A program made the translations under genes and the position numbers. This document shows positions 20,802 through 32,427 of a DNA stretch of 64,000 nt, piece after piece (the first letter of the stretch is position 1; each line of letters opens with the position of its first letter). The notes beneath the pieces were generated by a model. It was not told the origin of the DNA. It worked only from the letters and a program-made list of their open reading frames with translations, and searched no databases. Source of the DNA: an uncultured delta proteobacterium (GTDB taxonomy: Bacteria > Desulfobacterota > Desulfobacteria > Desulfobacterales > JAHEIW01); contig CAVPNL010000005.1 of NCBI GenBank assembly GCA_963706575.1, positions 96,001 through 160,000 on the forward strand, read 5' to 3'.

Positions 20802-23321
20802 CTAACGATCTTTTGCCGTTATCAGTTCATATAACAGCCCTTTTTTTGCGATAAGCTCATCATAATTTCCCATTTCTTCCATTTTGCCGGATTTCATCAC
20901 ACCGATTTTGTCGTAGCCTTTAATAATATCCAGGCGATGAACGACGGCAATCAACGTTGCTTTTCCCTTCCAGTGGGCATCCAGCAAGGATTGGATGCGT
21001 GCCTGTGAGCGGTTGTCCAGCGCCGAAGTTGCTTCGTCCATGATTAATATCTTCGGTTTTTTGAGAAATGCGCGGCCAATGGCAATCTTTTGCCGCTGTC
21101 CGCCGGAGAGGCGATCCCCTTTGCTTCCCACCTGAAACTGCATTCCGATTGTAAGGATTGTTTCCAAAAGGTCCTCTTCGATGAGCAACTGAACGACCTG
21201 CTCGTTGATCGTATCCTGGATGTGAGGATTCATCGTTATGAATTTTCCGAAAAACAAATTGTGCAGGATCGTCTGCGAGACGAGATAATCCGATTTCCGA
21301 TAAAAACTGAATGCATCCGGGTGATCAGCTGAGATCATTTCTCTGAAACGGGTTCGGGCTTTTAAAATTTCGCGCTTCAGATCATCGGGCAATTTGATCA
21401 TCTTATGCCTGCCGGGCACAAAGCGCAGTGCCAATTCTAAAAGTTTCTTCTGGTCTTCGGTACTCAGTTGAGACCATTCCAATTTATTCAGCTGTATATA
21501 GAGTGATTTGTATTTATCCAGCTCATCTGCAGCAACCGGGCTTTGTTCGAAAAATATTTCGGTCGGGGGAAGATTTCCGACAATTTCTACCGCCTGCTTG
21601 CACAAGCGGGCTCCCAGCACCATCAATGGATGCAATAGATTGGCCTCTTTAAGAAATATGAGAAAATATTCATTTTTTGCCAAATTGGGTTCCTTGAAAA
21701 CAGCCTGGTTGGCGCTTCCGAAAGTCAAATTTTTTGCCACCGTCGAGTAATATTGGTATTTTTCTTTATCAAAAAATTCGACATATTCCGACATCAGGAC
21801 ACTCAGCCGGCGCGTCACTTTTTTTCGAATTCGAATCAGTTTGGGCAACACGTTCGGATAGGTTTCAGAATCAAGAATGGCGTTCAAACCGAATCTCAAA
21901 ACATCCGGAAACAAACCTATTTGTTCGATAAGTTCAATGATGTGATCCAGATCAGGCAACGGCAAGGAGCTATCGATTTCATTTTCTCCCTGCCTGGCGG
22001 CGCATCCGTAAAGAAGATTTTCTTCGATGGTCCCATCAAAGATAAATGGTGTTTGAGACACCATCCCTGCGTTCCATGCCATATCCCTTTTTGTGAGGCC
22101 GTCAACTTCCTGGTTGCCGATGCGCACATGTCCTTTGGTGTATTTGTAAAGCTGCCCGATACAATTGGCCAGGGTGCTTTTGCCGCTGCCGGAAAATCCG
22201 ACTAAGGCCAGTTGAGCGCCGGCTGAAAGCGTAAAATTTACGTCATCGAGAAGCTGAACCCCATCCTCTGTTGTAAATGCTAAATTTTTGACTTCGATGC
22301 TCCCATCCAGCTGATACGGTGGTCGATCTTCAGGTTCAATCGCAAACTCAGGGGCAACGTCAAAATATTGCATTGTTCGTTGATAGCTGACAGACGCTTC
22401 TTGATAAGCCTGGTAGACATCGATGAGTTCACTCCAGGGATCGAAAAGTTTTTCCTGAGCGGACAAAAATGCCACCAGGGCACCCAACTCAAGTCTTCCA
22501 TTGATGGTAAGATAGCCGCCCAGCAGAAAGATGATAAAAGGGCTGAAGCTGGTGAAAAAATTACTGCTGACCTTGATCCCCTGACGGTAGAGGTTCCAGG
22601 AGATCCTTATTTTCTGAAGTTTGTTTACCAGGAACTCAAATTTTTTATTTTCTAAATGGTGGGCTGCATTGGCTTGTATCTCATGAATTCCGGAAACAGC
22701 CTCGGCAAGTTTGCCTGAAAAATCACGTGATACATCCACGCGCTTTTTGTTTTCCATATTGGCTCTCCGTTGCAGCATGGGAAGTACGAAAACCGCAACA
22801 GGATATATTGCAAACGAAACAATGGCTAAAAGAGGATTCAGCCGTAGAAGATAAACGGTAAAGGCCAAAAGGCTCAGGACACTGGTAAGCGGAATGGCCA
22901 CCGCCATACCGACAAAGTCCCCGGCAGTAGCCAACTCAGAGACAAACGACTGAACCACCATTCCGGGCTGAGTTTTTCTGAAAAAGCCCAAAGGCAGCGT
23001 CAGCACATGACGGTACAGGTCTTTGCGCATGTCTGCCAGGGCGCGTTGCCCGATTATGGTCTGAAGGTAGCTGATAACGAACTTGAGACCCCCGGCGAGG
23101 ACAACGGCCGCTAAATAGATACCGCAATAAATCAGCAACAATTCAAAGGCTTTCAATTGGATCGCCTGGTTGACAATTCGTTTTTGCATTTCAAGCGGTA
23201 CAATCCTTACGAAAACCGTGGCAAATACGGTTATCACCAGAAATAGCTTGAGCTTGGAGTTGCCCCTGAAGACCCATGAAAGTAAAGGCTTTTTTACAAT
23301 CGGTGTTTCGCTTTTTTTCAT
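20802..23321 (-). CDS. ABC exporter (permease + ATPase fusion) with a large insertion inside the NBD
   Basis: TM domain, Walker A GFSGSGKST and Q-loop; LSGGQRQ and ILIMDEATSALD appear about 300 aa later. Confidence 0.88.
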   Translation of the reverse strand: MKKSETPIVKKPLLSWVFRGNSKLKLFLVITVFATVFVRIVPLEMQKRIVNQAIQLKAFELLLIYCGIYLAAVVLAGGLKFVISYLQTIIGQRALADMRKDLYRHVLTLPLGFFRKTQPGMVVQSFVSELATAGDFVGMAVAIPLTSVLSLLAFTVYLLRLNPLLAIVSFAIYPVAVFVLPMLQRRANMENKKRVDVSRDFSGKLAEAVSGIHEIQANAAHHLENKKFEFLVNKLQKIRISWNLYRQGIKVSSNFFTSFSPFIIFLLGGYLTINGRLELGALVAFLSAQEKLFDPWSELIDVYQAYQEASVSYQRTMQYFDVAPEFAIEPEDRPPYQLDGSIEVKNLAFTTEDGVQLLDDVNFTLSAGAQLALVGFSGSGKSTLANCIGQLYKYTKGHVRIGNQEVDGLTKRDMAWNAGMVSQTPFIFDGTIEENLLYGCAARQGENEIDSSLPLPDLDHIIELIEQIGLFPDVLRFGLNAILDSETYPNVLPKLIRIRKKVTRRLSVLMSEYVEFFDKEKYQYYSTVAKNLTFGSANQAVFKEPNLAKNEYFLIFLKEANLLHPLMVLGARLCKQAVEIVGNLPPTEIFFEQSPVAADELDKYKSLYIQLNKLEWSQLSTEDQKKLLELALRFVPGRHKMIKLPDDLKREILKARTRFREMISADHPDAFSFYRKSDYLVSQTILHNLFFGKFITMNPHIQDTINEQVVQLLIEEDLLETILTIGMQFQVGSKGDRLSGGQRQKIAIGRAFLKKPKILIMDEATSALDNRSQARIQSLLDAHWKGKATLIAVVHRLDIIKGYDKIGVMKSGKMEEMGNYDELIAKKGLLYELITAKDR

Positions 23322-23783
23322 TGCCCTTGCCTCCGTAGTTTCGAAATAGTGAAACTTGTCAGCGGTTCATTTACACCAATTCGGGTTATCAGATCCGCTT
23401 GACACAATTGTATGATTGGGACACAATTGCATCGTAAATTTTCGATTGAATGCCGAAGATATTTTTGTTGTAACAGAGACTGGCAGGAGAAAGAAATTAA
23501 AAAATGGATAAATTTTTTGTTTTGATGCTTCTCGTGCGCTCAAATATTGCAGCCAATAACCTGCCTATAAAAAGCAAAAGTTTAGGGAAAAGTCATGTTT
23601 AGCATTTCACTGCAGGAAATTTTATTGCTTTGATAACAGGGAGTGGTTTCGCTTTCTATCATCTGTATCTATTTTTGAGGGTACGGCGTGCCCCCTTAAA
23701 GACGGCCATTGGGATCACTTACCATGCCCGCTGCAGGTGAATCCACAAAATATAAACCTAAAATGACATCTATGTAAGAAAAC

Positions 23784-25715
23784 ATGATGGACGTCTTCAA
23801 AAAACACCCAAAACGATCTGACTGAAAAACAAGTTCCCCAAGAAGGATACACCTGATCGGCGGCTTTTAAAATTATCGCTGGCAGCGCTTGGCGTCGTGT
23901 TCGGCGATATTGGAACAAGCCCGCTTTACGCCATCCGGGAGTGTTTTCACGGAGAGTATGGCATTGCCGTGAGCCCTGCCAACGTGCTGGGTGTGCTTTC
24001 ACTGATGTTCTGGTCCCTGGTAATGATCGTAACCTTCAAGTACCTGATATTCGTTCTCAGGGCGGACAACCAGGGCGAAGGCGGCGTCATGGCGCTCACG
24101 GCGCTGATCAAAATCAGCGACAGGGCAGCTGAAAAATTCCCGTTTGACGCTCGTTTCCATCGGTCTGTTTGCTGCCTGCCTGCTTTACGGGGACGGAATG
24201 ATCACCCCGGCGATTTCGGTGCTCAGTGCGGTCGAAGGCATCAGAATCATAACCCCTTTATTCAAGCCCTATGTGGTTCCCGTCACGATCATCATTTTAG
24301 GCGGCCTCTTTATGATACAGAAGCGCGGGACTGCCAGGGTCGGAGGGCTTTTTGGACCGGTGATTCTCGTGTGGTTCAGTGTTATCGCCGTATTGGGTTT
24401 TATTCAGATTGTACGCTCTCCCCCGGTTCTGGCAGCGCTTCTGCCCTGGTACGGCATTAAATTTCTTTTGATAAACAAATTCCACGGCTTTGTCGTTTTG
24501 GGAGCCGTCTTTCTGGTGGTCACCGGAGCAGAGGCACTTTATGCCGACATGGGGCATTTCGGCAGGCGCCCCATCCGCTTGACCTGGATCGTCTTAGTAC
24601 TTCCGGCGCTGGTTTTGAATTATTTCGGCCAGGGCGCACTGCTGCTGACCCGGCCGGAAGAGGCCCATCATCCATTTTACGCACTGGTGCCCTCCTGGGC
24701 GATGATCCCGATGGTGGTATTGGCTACGCTGGCCACCATCATTGCGTCCCAGGCCGTCATCACCGGTTCTTTTTCACTGACGCGGCAGGCTATCCAGCTG
24801 GGCTACCTCCCCCGGCTCAGGGTCACCCACACTTCGGCCTCGCATATCGGCCAGATTTATGTCGGACCGGTAAACTGGCTGCTGATGATATGCACCATCG
24901 GTCTGGTCCTCGGTTTCCAATCGTCCAGCAAGCTGGCGGCTGCTTACGGCGTAGCCGTCACCTCGACCATGCTGGTCACAACGACCCTGTTTTATGTGGT
25001 TGCACGCAAACGGTGGGGATGGCGTCGGCTGACGGCCGGCATGCTGGCCGGCATCTTTTTTCTGGTGGATATCCCCTTTTTCAGCGCCAATATCAGCAAA
25101 ATTTTTCACGGCGCATGGTTTCCGCTTGCGATCGGTGCATTTTTCTTTACGTTGATGTTGACCTGGGAGCAGGGCCGCAGGATACTGGCAGATCAATTTC
25201 AAACGCTCACACCGTCATTTGATGCGTTCAAAAAAAGTCTGGATGAAAATCCACCACAGAGAATCAATGGCCAGGCCGTATTCCTGACGGGGAATCCAGA
25301 CGTGGTCCCGTCAACGCTTGTGAAAAATTTGCAACACAATAAAATTATTCATTCCGACGTCGCCATGCTGCACTTCAAAACTGAAAACGTGCCACGGGTG
25401 CCTAATTTTGACAAAGTAAAAACCGAGAAGTTAGGCGGGGGTTTCTTTCAAATTATCGCCCATCATGGGTTCATGGAGCAGCCGAAAATAGATATGATTT
25501 TAACACTGGCGCATGAACAGGGACTGAACTTCAAACTGGAAGAAGCAAGCTATTATTTGGGACGCGAGAAGCTGACCATAGGCCCGGATCCGGTAATGAG
25601 CCGCTGGCGTTCCAACCTTTTCATTTTTTTATCGCGTAATTCGATGGATGCCGCATCGTTTTTTGGCATACCGCGGGACCGGATTATCGAAGTCGGTGTC
25701 CAGCTGCAACTGTGA
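23784..25715 (+). CDS. kup: Kup/HAK/KT potassium transporter; frameshifted near 23820 and 24140, start approximate
   Basis: [63 protein letters not shown]. Confidence 0.93.
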
Positions 25716-25763
25716 AAGTCGGCTGCAGGCAGGCGAAAGCAAACGTGCGGGGTTAAACTGAAA

Positions 25764-26349
25764 ATGGACCTGCAAAGTATAATCGAAAATTATGGATATG
25801 CCGCGATTTTAATCGGCACATTTTTAGAAGGCGAAACTATCCTGGTACTGGCAGGCCTGGCAGCCCACCAGGGATATCTGGTACTGACCTGGGTGATTTT
25901 AGCCGCTTTTCTGGGCAGTCTTTGCGGCGATCAGCTTTTTTTTTATCTGGGACGCAAGCACAGTCAGGCGGTTCTGTCCAGGCGCCCTGCCTGGAAGCAG
26001 AAGGCGGAAAAAGTTCACAAGATGCTGAACCGATTTCAAACACCGATGATCCTGTCCTTTCGGTTTCTTTACGGGCTGCGCACTATTTCCCCCTTTGTCA
26101 TCGGTATGAGTCCCGTATCCTGTCAAAAAGTTCATTTTGCTCAATGCCGCCGGAGCGCTGGTCTGGGCGGTAGCCGTCGGGTCCGGCGGCTATCTTTTCG
26201 GTCATGCTCTGGAAGTTTTTATCGGCAAGGTCAAATCATACGAGATTTATATTATGGGTAGTGTGGCAATTGTTGGTTTATCGGTATGGATTTTCCATTT
26301 TTACCGTCGCCGCAGACGGCTATCCAAATTTATCGCAAAAAGTCGATGA
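25764..26349 (+). CDS. DedA family membrane protein, frameshifted near 26120
   Basis: GTFLEGE, GDQLFFYLGR, RFLYGLRT, then LNAAGALVWA in the next frame. Confidence 0.88.
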
Positions 26350-26467
26350 TCTCCTTCAGCTGACCGCGAAACCGTATTTAACACCAAAGTGGTGAAGCGG
26401 GAACTTTTTTAGGCATCTGACGTTTTGTCATTCAATTACCGAATTATTTTTATGAGGAGGTAACATT

Positions 26468-27532
26468 ATGGCGAGATTTTTCAAGAAACGCGAAGAGACC
26501 AAAGGCCTGTCTCCGGGTTCCTTGGTTTTCATCGGAAACAAAAAGGTAGAAAATGTTCGGATTCGTGTCATCGATTACGATGGGGCTCAATTAAAGGAAG
26601 ACGAATTAAAAGATATTGCCGAAGGAGCGGAATTCAAACGCACCAACACGGTTACCTGGATAAATGTAGACGGGCTCCATGATCTTGCGTTGATGAAAGA
26701 AATTGGGAGTATATTCGATCTGCACCCGTTGTTAATGGAAGATATACTGAATACCGGACAGCGCCCCAAACTTGAAGAATTTGAAAATTGTCTTTTCCTT
26801 GTCGTAAAAATGCTTCGTTACGACAAGGAAAAACAAATGATTATTTCAGAACAATTAAGTATGGTGCTGGGCGATACATTTCTGCTGACCTTTCAGGAGC
26901 AACCGGGAGATGTATTTGAACCGGTCCGGGAGCGGATCAGAAAACAAAAAGCAAGGATCCGGGCATCGGGTATCGATTATCTGGCATACGCTTTGCTGGA
27001 TTGCGTAGTCGAAAATTATGTTTTCATCATTGAAAGATTGGGCGAGCAAATTGAAGATATTGAAGAAGAAGTTTTGGAAAAAGCCGAGCCGGCAGTGATG
27101 GAAAAGATTAATGCGTTTAAACGTGAAATGAATTTTTTAAGAAAGTCCGTTAGACCGGCCAGAGAAGCCGTCATACAACTCTCCAAATTGGATTCCGAAC
27201 TCATCAATGATCAAACGGTTCCCTTTTTAAAAGACCTGCAGGATCTGATCACCCAGGCTGCGGAGGCCATTGATACTTACCGGGATATGCTTTCGGATCA
27301 ATTGAACCTGTACAATTCAGTCGTCGGCAATCGAATGAACGACATTATGAAGGTATTGACGATTTTTGCCGCCATATTTATTCCGCTCACATTTATTGCA
27401 GGCATTTATGGTACAAATTTTGAGTATCTACCCGAACTCAAATTTAAATACAGCTACTTCTTTTTCTGGGGCGTAATGCTTGCTGTCGCAGCTGTAATGT
27501 TAATATTTTTTAGAAAAAAGAAATGGTTATAG
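26468..27532 (+). CDS. corA: Magnesium/cobalt transporter CorA
   Basis: GLSPGSL, EDILNTGQRPK, IFIPLTFIAGIYGTNF, PEL. The signature reads GTN rather than the canonical GMN. Confidence 0.93.
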   Translation: MARFFKKREETKGLSPGSLVFIGNKKVENVRIRVIDYDGAQLKEDELKDIAEGAEFKRTNTVTWINVDGLHDLALMKEIGSIFDLHPLLMEDILNTGQRPKLEEFENCLFLVVKMLRYDKEKQMIISEQLSMVLGDTFLLTFQEQPGDVFEPVRERIRKQKARIRASGIDYLAYALLDCVVENYVFIIERLGEQIEDIEEEVLEKAEPAVMEKINAFKREMNFLRKSVRPAREAVIQLSKLDSELINDQTVPFLKDLQDLITQAAEAIDTYRDMLSDQLNLYNSVVGNRMNDIMKVLTIFAAIFIPLTFIAGIYGTNFEYLPELKFKYSYFFFWGVMLAVAAVMLIFFRKKKWL

Positions 27533-27670
27533 CTGATTTGCTAAGACAGTTTGCCCGGAAAATGACGAGACATCTTACCCGGGGCTGTCGCGGTGCAGTT
27601 TAATGACCGCAAAAAACGATTCATTCAACAAGGAATCGCAATCGAATTGCACAAAAAAAAGGAGCGTTTT

Positions 27671-28108
27671 ATGAAATTACCTCAATACGTCAGCATTGAA
27701 GAAGTAAAGCGGGTTTGCAAAGCGCTAAAAATTAGCGATTGGACGAAAAAGAAAGAAGCGAAAGTCTCTATCAAAGAAGCCAAGATGGTTCTGGCCGAGC
27801 TTAATCCAAGAGGCTTGAATATTGATCCCGGGGCGTTTTGCGATGGGCTGGAAGTTGAACTTGAGCACGGGATGCAATTCAAAGATGCCAATGTAACCAA
27901 TAATCACCCCTTGCTGACCGGCCTGATTGTCCTGGCGCATTTCAAAGAGTCGCTGGATTACTATAGATTGCTTGAGGTAGCCGAGCTGGAAGGAGACTTA
28001 ATGAAGGCCGTTGCTAAGGGCAATGCCGCCAAAATTAAAGAATATTACAAACGGCTGGCGAAAGCCAAAATCGTCCTCAATAAGGCCGTGTTGAACCGTG
28101 TAAATTGA
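27671..28108 (+). CDS. Conserved hypothetical protein (DUF5661-like)
   Basis: GLEVELEHG...VTNNH...LAHFKESLDYY; AGGAG RBS before ATG 27671. Confidence 0.6.
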   Translation: MKLPQYVSIEEVKRVCKALKISDWTKKKEAKVSIKEAKMVLAELNPRGLNIDPGAFCDGLEVELEHGMQFKDANVTNNHPLLTGLIVLAHFKESLDYYRLLEVAELEGDLMKAVAKGNAAKIKEYYKRLAKAKIVLNKAVLNRVN

Positions 28109-28249
28109 GAAATCCAAGACAGCTCGATGATTCAAAATATCTCAAAAATTTATCTGATCCGTTTGCCATCCATTGGATTTATTGTGGTACTGGCTTTATT
28201 GTCCCACATCTTAAACCAAAGCATTCTTTAAAGAGCGATTACTATAATC

Positions 28250-28624
28250 ATGGAAAAGGATACTTCAAAATTAAATTACGAAGAAAAGCTGCAAAAGGCT
28301 CTTGATCATGATTCGGACAACATCATTATCAATGAGATCCAGCTGCTTCTGGCTGAAAAAAGGACCTCGCTGGCTGCGATGCGAACCGGGATTGCAGTCC
28401 TTGTGCTACCGCTCTCCGTGATGAGCGTGCTGATTGCCACCTCGAAGTATTACGATGTTCTGCATGTGATGCATCTGCTCCTGCCTTTGTTGGGCTTATG
28501 CGCAGCGTTGATCGCACTGGGGGCTTATCTCATCATTCGTGCGATCATACGGATTCGGCACCAGGATCGCCACATTCTGGAGATTAAGCGCAAACACAGT
28601 CGCATCGCCGAATTCATGGACTGA
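28250..28624 (+). CDS. DUF202/YidH-like small membrane protein
   Basis: LAEKRTSLAAMRTG motif followed by two TM helices. Confidence 0.75.
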   Translation: MEKDTSKLNYEEKLQKALDHDSDNIIINEIQLLLAEKRTSLAAMRTGIAVLVLPLSVMSVLIATSKYYDVLHVMHLLLPLLGLCAALIALGAYLIIRAIIRIRHQDRHILEIKRKHSRIAEFMD

Positions 28625-28738
28625 GATGCAATCCAATAGATGTCGACGCGAATGAACTTCCATCAAAGCGCAGATCTTCTCGAAATTGTCAAAGAAAACT
28701 TCCTTCCGTGGAATAATAGATCGAAACATGGCACACTT

Positions 28739-29593
28739 CTATTTTTTCGTTTTCTCATAATAAGGCAATGCCTCGGGTAGATATTTTTTAATGTCAGCGA
28801 TTCGCGTTTCGGTTGCCGGATGCGTGGATAAAAATTCGGGAGGGCGCGATTTTCCTTCCTGTTTGCTCATTCTTTCCCAAAACGGGATTGCCTCGCGGGG
28901 GTCATAGCTCGCCCGGGCCATGAGCGTCAGCCCGATGCGATCAGCCTCGCTTTCATGCAAACGGCTGTATGGCAGCAAGAACCCCACATTGGCCCCCACG
29001 CCGTATACGGTCATGAAAAGCTGTTGAGTTTGCTGCGGCTGCCGGGACAAAGCAACGGATAGCGCCATTCCGCCCATGTTGGCAATGAGGGCTTCGCTCA
29101 TGCGCTCATTGCCGTGGTCGGCCAGCGCATGGGCCACCTCATGGCCCAGCACCACGGCCAGACCGGTTTCATTCTGGGTATAAGGTAAAATACCGGTGTA
29201 TACGGCCGCCCTGCCACCCGGCATGACCCAGGCATTGACGGTTTTGTCGTCCTCGATAAGATTAAACTCCCATTTGAAGTTTTTAATTGTGCCCTGTTGA
29301 CCGGTTTCGGCTAAAAAGGTCTCTGTGGCTTTGGCGATCCGGTTTCCTACCCGCCTAACCATTTCCACTTTTTGAGTGTCGGTGGACAGCTTGCTTTTTT
29401 TCAATACCTCATCATACTGCTGAAGACTCATGCTCAACAGCTCGGTTTCCGGCACCAGGTGCAACCCCTTGCGATGGGTAATGGGTACTTCGGCACAACC
29501 CTGAAGTTGAAAAAGCAGCAAAATTGCTGCAATCAGGGCGCCGAGTCCGCGGCGTTCATGAATCTGATGTTTGCTTGATTTCATGATTCTCAA
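28739..29593 (-). CDS. M48 family zinc metallopeptidase lipoprotein
   Basis: Lipobox-like LQGC, NAWVMPGG, HEVAH, ESEADRIG, FLSTHP. Confidence 0.93.
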   Translation of the reverse strand: MRIMKSSKHQIHERRGLGALIAAILLLFQLQGCAEVPITHRKGLHLVPETELLSMSLQQYDEVLKKSKLSTDTQKVEMVRRVGNRIAKATETFLAETGQQGTIKNFKWEFNLIEDDKTVNAWVMPGGRAAVYTGILPYTQNETGLAVVLGHEVAHALADHGNERMSEALIANMGGMALSVALSRQPQQTQQLFMTVYGVGANVGFLLPYSRLHESEADRIGLTLMARASYDPREAIPFWERMSKQEGKSRPPEFLSTHPATETRIADIKKYLPEALPYYEKTKK

Positions 29594-29734
29594 TTCTCCT
29601 TTTTGGTTACTTTTTTAAACCAGCAACCCAGCCGTTTCTAGCCGGAAAAATTTTGCTCTAGCTCAGAAACGTCCAGCACTTCTTCTATATACCGGAAAAA
29701 AAGCAGCGGCCGCAGCGGTTGTTTGATGACCCAA

Positions 29735-30457
29735 TTAAATTTGCTTGCCTTTATCCCGCAGGCGCGTGAGTTCAGAAAGCAGATCGACCTGAATTTGCTG
29801 GATTTCAACCAGCCGCTCCCACTGGTGCGACAGGAGATGGTCGACTTTGTCGTGCAGTTGCCTGATTTCAAGCTCGGCTTTTAAGTTTACGCGGTAATCA
29901 TGCTGCGACCGCAAACGGTCTTTGATCTCCACTCGGTTCTGGCTCATCATGATAACGGGGGCCTGAATGGCCGCCAGACAGGACAACACCAGGTTCAGCA
30001 AAATAAACGGATAGGGATCAAAGGGTCTTTTTAGCAGCAGAAATGAATTCAGCGCAATCCATATCAACAGAATTGAAGCGAATATAATAAGGAAGGTCCA
30101 GCTACCCCCGAAGGATGCCAGCCTGTCAGCCATTTTTTCGCCCAGGGTCGAATCTTTTTCGAACTCGGCATCGACATTGCTTGAAAGCGTTTCGTGGCGT
30201 TGAAGACTCTCCAGGACTTCATGGTCCAATGTCGTCAGTTCTCCCTTTTCAGATTCCAGCAGGTTCTGAATATACTGCATGCGGAATTGATTCAGATCGC
30301 TAAGGCAAATATAACCCTCCGGTTTCCAGTCCGGGTAAGATCTCTTAATCTGCTCTGTCACGGCGTTTCGAACAAGCGCTGCCGGCATCATCCGGGCCCT
30401 GGCCTTGGTCTTGCCGCAAATATTGCAGACCATGTTTTTCGATTGCGATGCTTTCAT
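29735..30457 (-). CDS. DUF1003 domain membrane protein
   Basis: FGGSWTF, FDPYPFILLNLVLSCLAAIQAPVIMMSQNR, NLKAELEI. Confidence 0.9.
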   Translation of the reverse strand: MKASQSKNMVCNICGKTKARARMMPAALVRNAVTEQIKRSYPDWKPEGYICLSDLNQFRMQYIQNLLESEKGELTTLDHEVLESLQRHETLSSNVDAEFEKDSTLGEKMADRLASFGGSWTFLIIFASILLIWIALNSFLLLKRPFDPYPFILLNLVLSCLAAIQAPVIMMSQNRVEIKDRLRSQHDYRVNLKAELEIRQLHDKVDHLLSHQWERLVEIQQIQVDLLSELTRLRDKGKQI

Positions 30458-31122
30458 GATTGAATTTAACTCCTGTAATTTGTTTTATAGACCCTGCACA
30501 CCCCCTCATTGTTTCGCCCTTTATTACCTTAGTGAATAAACCCGTTCCAATAAAGGGAAATTTTTTAAAAGTTTTCTTATCGATGTGTTTCCGCGGTGCA
30601 GAAGAAAAAAAAGACCGTTACAGAAATAAAGACAGAGTCGAAATTGGACTGCTTTTAGAAGGTTGAGGTCGGAAGTATTTTTTCCTTATAGGACAACATT
30701 ATTGGCTTGTACAGTGTTATTTATTGCCTGGTTTGCCCCTTTTGTAAAGCGCTAAACTCGTTGCGCTAAATCCTGAAGACCCGGGCCAATTCGTCTGTTC
30801 AGTCAAATATTTGAAGCGCTTACGCTGCACTTCTCTATTCGATTTTCGACAAAAGCCGCAAGATTGATTCCAAAGAGATTCTGAAATGGCTTCTAGTTGT
30901 TTTAAGTATCTTAGCAGATTGGGGCACAACTTTTTTTCATATTCAAGCAGTGTTAAAGGCACGATAGGCCTTTATGAGATCCAACTGATATATTGCAAAA
31001 TCAACGGTCATGCTGTAGAAAAATAGATCTAATCCGTTTTGAATAAAATACTTGAGCAAGGCTCGATCAAATGCGCGGCTGAAGAATTAGCAAGCCGGAA
31101 AGTTCATGCTTATGGAGGAAAA

Positions 31123-32253
31123 ATGGGAAAGCATCTCGTATTGATCGGCGGCGGGCATGCCCATATGACCGTGATGGTAAATCTGAGGGGTTATATCAAG
31201 CGCGGTCATCGGGTAACGCTGATTGGCCCGTCGGCCTATCATTATTATTCCGGGATGGGACCCGGGTTGCTGGGTGGAATATACCGGCCTCAAGAGGCTC
31301 GTTTTCATGTTCAAAAGATGGTAGAAGATCGAGGGGCTGCCTTCATTCAGGATACCGTCACGCGCATCGATCCGGATCGAAAGGTTTTGCTTCTCAAATC
31401 CGGCGGGGAAATTGCCTATGACGTGGTTTCCTGCAACACCGGCAGCACGGTTCCCACAGATGAAGATCAAGTTGCCGGTGATCATATTTTTACCGTCAAA
31501 CCGATTGAAAATCTGATCAAAGTGCGCCAGATGCTCCAGGCCGGATTGGGCATCCGGACCCCAAAGCTTATCGTTGTCGGCGGCGGCGCTGCTGCTCTGG
31601 AACTCACCGGCAATCTCTGGCGATTGGTTCAGCAGACTGAAACAGCGGCTGCCATCACCGTTTTGGGTGGTCGCCATTTCTTGTCTGCCATGCCGCCAAA
31701 AGCCCAGAAGTATGTCAGAAAATCACTGGCGACTCGAAACATCGAGATCGTCGAAGGCGCTTACGTGAGTCGTTTAAACGGCAATCGTGCGGTATTGGAA
31801 GACGGCGAAGAATTTCCATTTGACCTGGCACTTTTGGCGTGGGGAATTCGGCCCTCAAATCTTTTCCGCGATTCCGGCTTGCCCACAGGCAACGACGACG
31901 GTCTTTTAGTCAATACCTTCCTGCAAAGTGTCGCCTATCCGGAGATTTTTGGCGGCGGGGATTGTATCAGCTTTGAACAAAGACCGCTGGATAAAGTGGG
32001 GGTTTACGCCGTGCGGCAGAATCCTGTGCTGTATGCCAATCTGCTGGCCGCCTTGGAAGATAAAGACCTTGAAGCCTTTCAGCCCCAGGATATCTATCTT
32101 TTAATTTATAATTTAGGCAACGGAACCGGTATTTTTTATCGAGGCAGCTGGGTTTGGAAAGGCAGGTTGATATTTTTTCTCAAAGATTATATCGATCGCA
32201 AATTTATGCGCAAATTTCAGGTTTCCGGTGAAACGGCCGAGGCTGCAGCATGA
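31123..32253 (+). CDS. FAD-dependent pyridine nucleotide-disulfide oxidoreductase (NDH-2/SQR/SelD-N-terminal-like)
   Basis: LVLIGGGHAH, YYSGM, VVGGGAAALE, FGGGDC, GVYAVRQ, KDYIDRKFM; GGAGG RBS before ATG 31123. Confidence 0.85.
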   Translation: MGKHLVLIGGGHAHMTVMVNLRGYIKRGHRVTLIGPSAYHYYSGMGPGLLGGIYRPQEARFHVQKMVEDRGAAFIQDTVTRIDPDRKVLLLKSGGEIAYDVVSCNTGSTVPTDEDQVAGDHIFTVKPIENLIKVRQMLQAGLGIRTPKLIVVGGGAAALELTGNLWRLVQQTETAAAITVLGGRHFLSAMPPKAQKYVRKSLATRNIEIVEGAYVSRLNGNRAVLEDGEEFPFDLALLAWGIRPSNLFRDSGLPTGNDDGLLVNTFLQSVAYPEIFGGGDCISFEQRPLDKVGVYAVRQNPVLYANLLAALEDKDLEAFQPQDIYLLIYNLGNGTGIFYRGSWVWKGRLIFFLKDYIDRKFMRKFQVSGETAEAAA

Positions 32254-32427
32254 TGCCCGATGCCGATATCACAAACTTTTTATAGCCCTCTATTCCGCAG
32301 CGCGATGTCAAAACAACCCGTATTCCAATATTCCATCATTCCAATTTTAGAGAAATCATTTTCAGGATATTGATAACGTCAACTATCAGCATTATGTTCC
32401 TTAATTATAACCTATAGGGAGGTTCCC

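Noticed and set aside
23322..23790. Possible c-di-AMP (ydaO) riboswitch upstream of kup
   Set aside because: I could not find the conserved elements by eye; an Rfam search would settle it.
30671..30685. Single GGAA-N7-TTCC site
   Set aside because: No partner site at 30-31 bp and no GG-N10-GC promoter at the expected distance; about one chance match is expected in a window this size.
32320..32345. ATTCCA-based short tandem repeat
   Set aside because: Only three degenerate units in an intergenic region; no supportable function.
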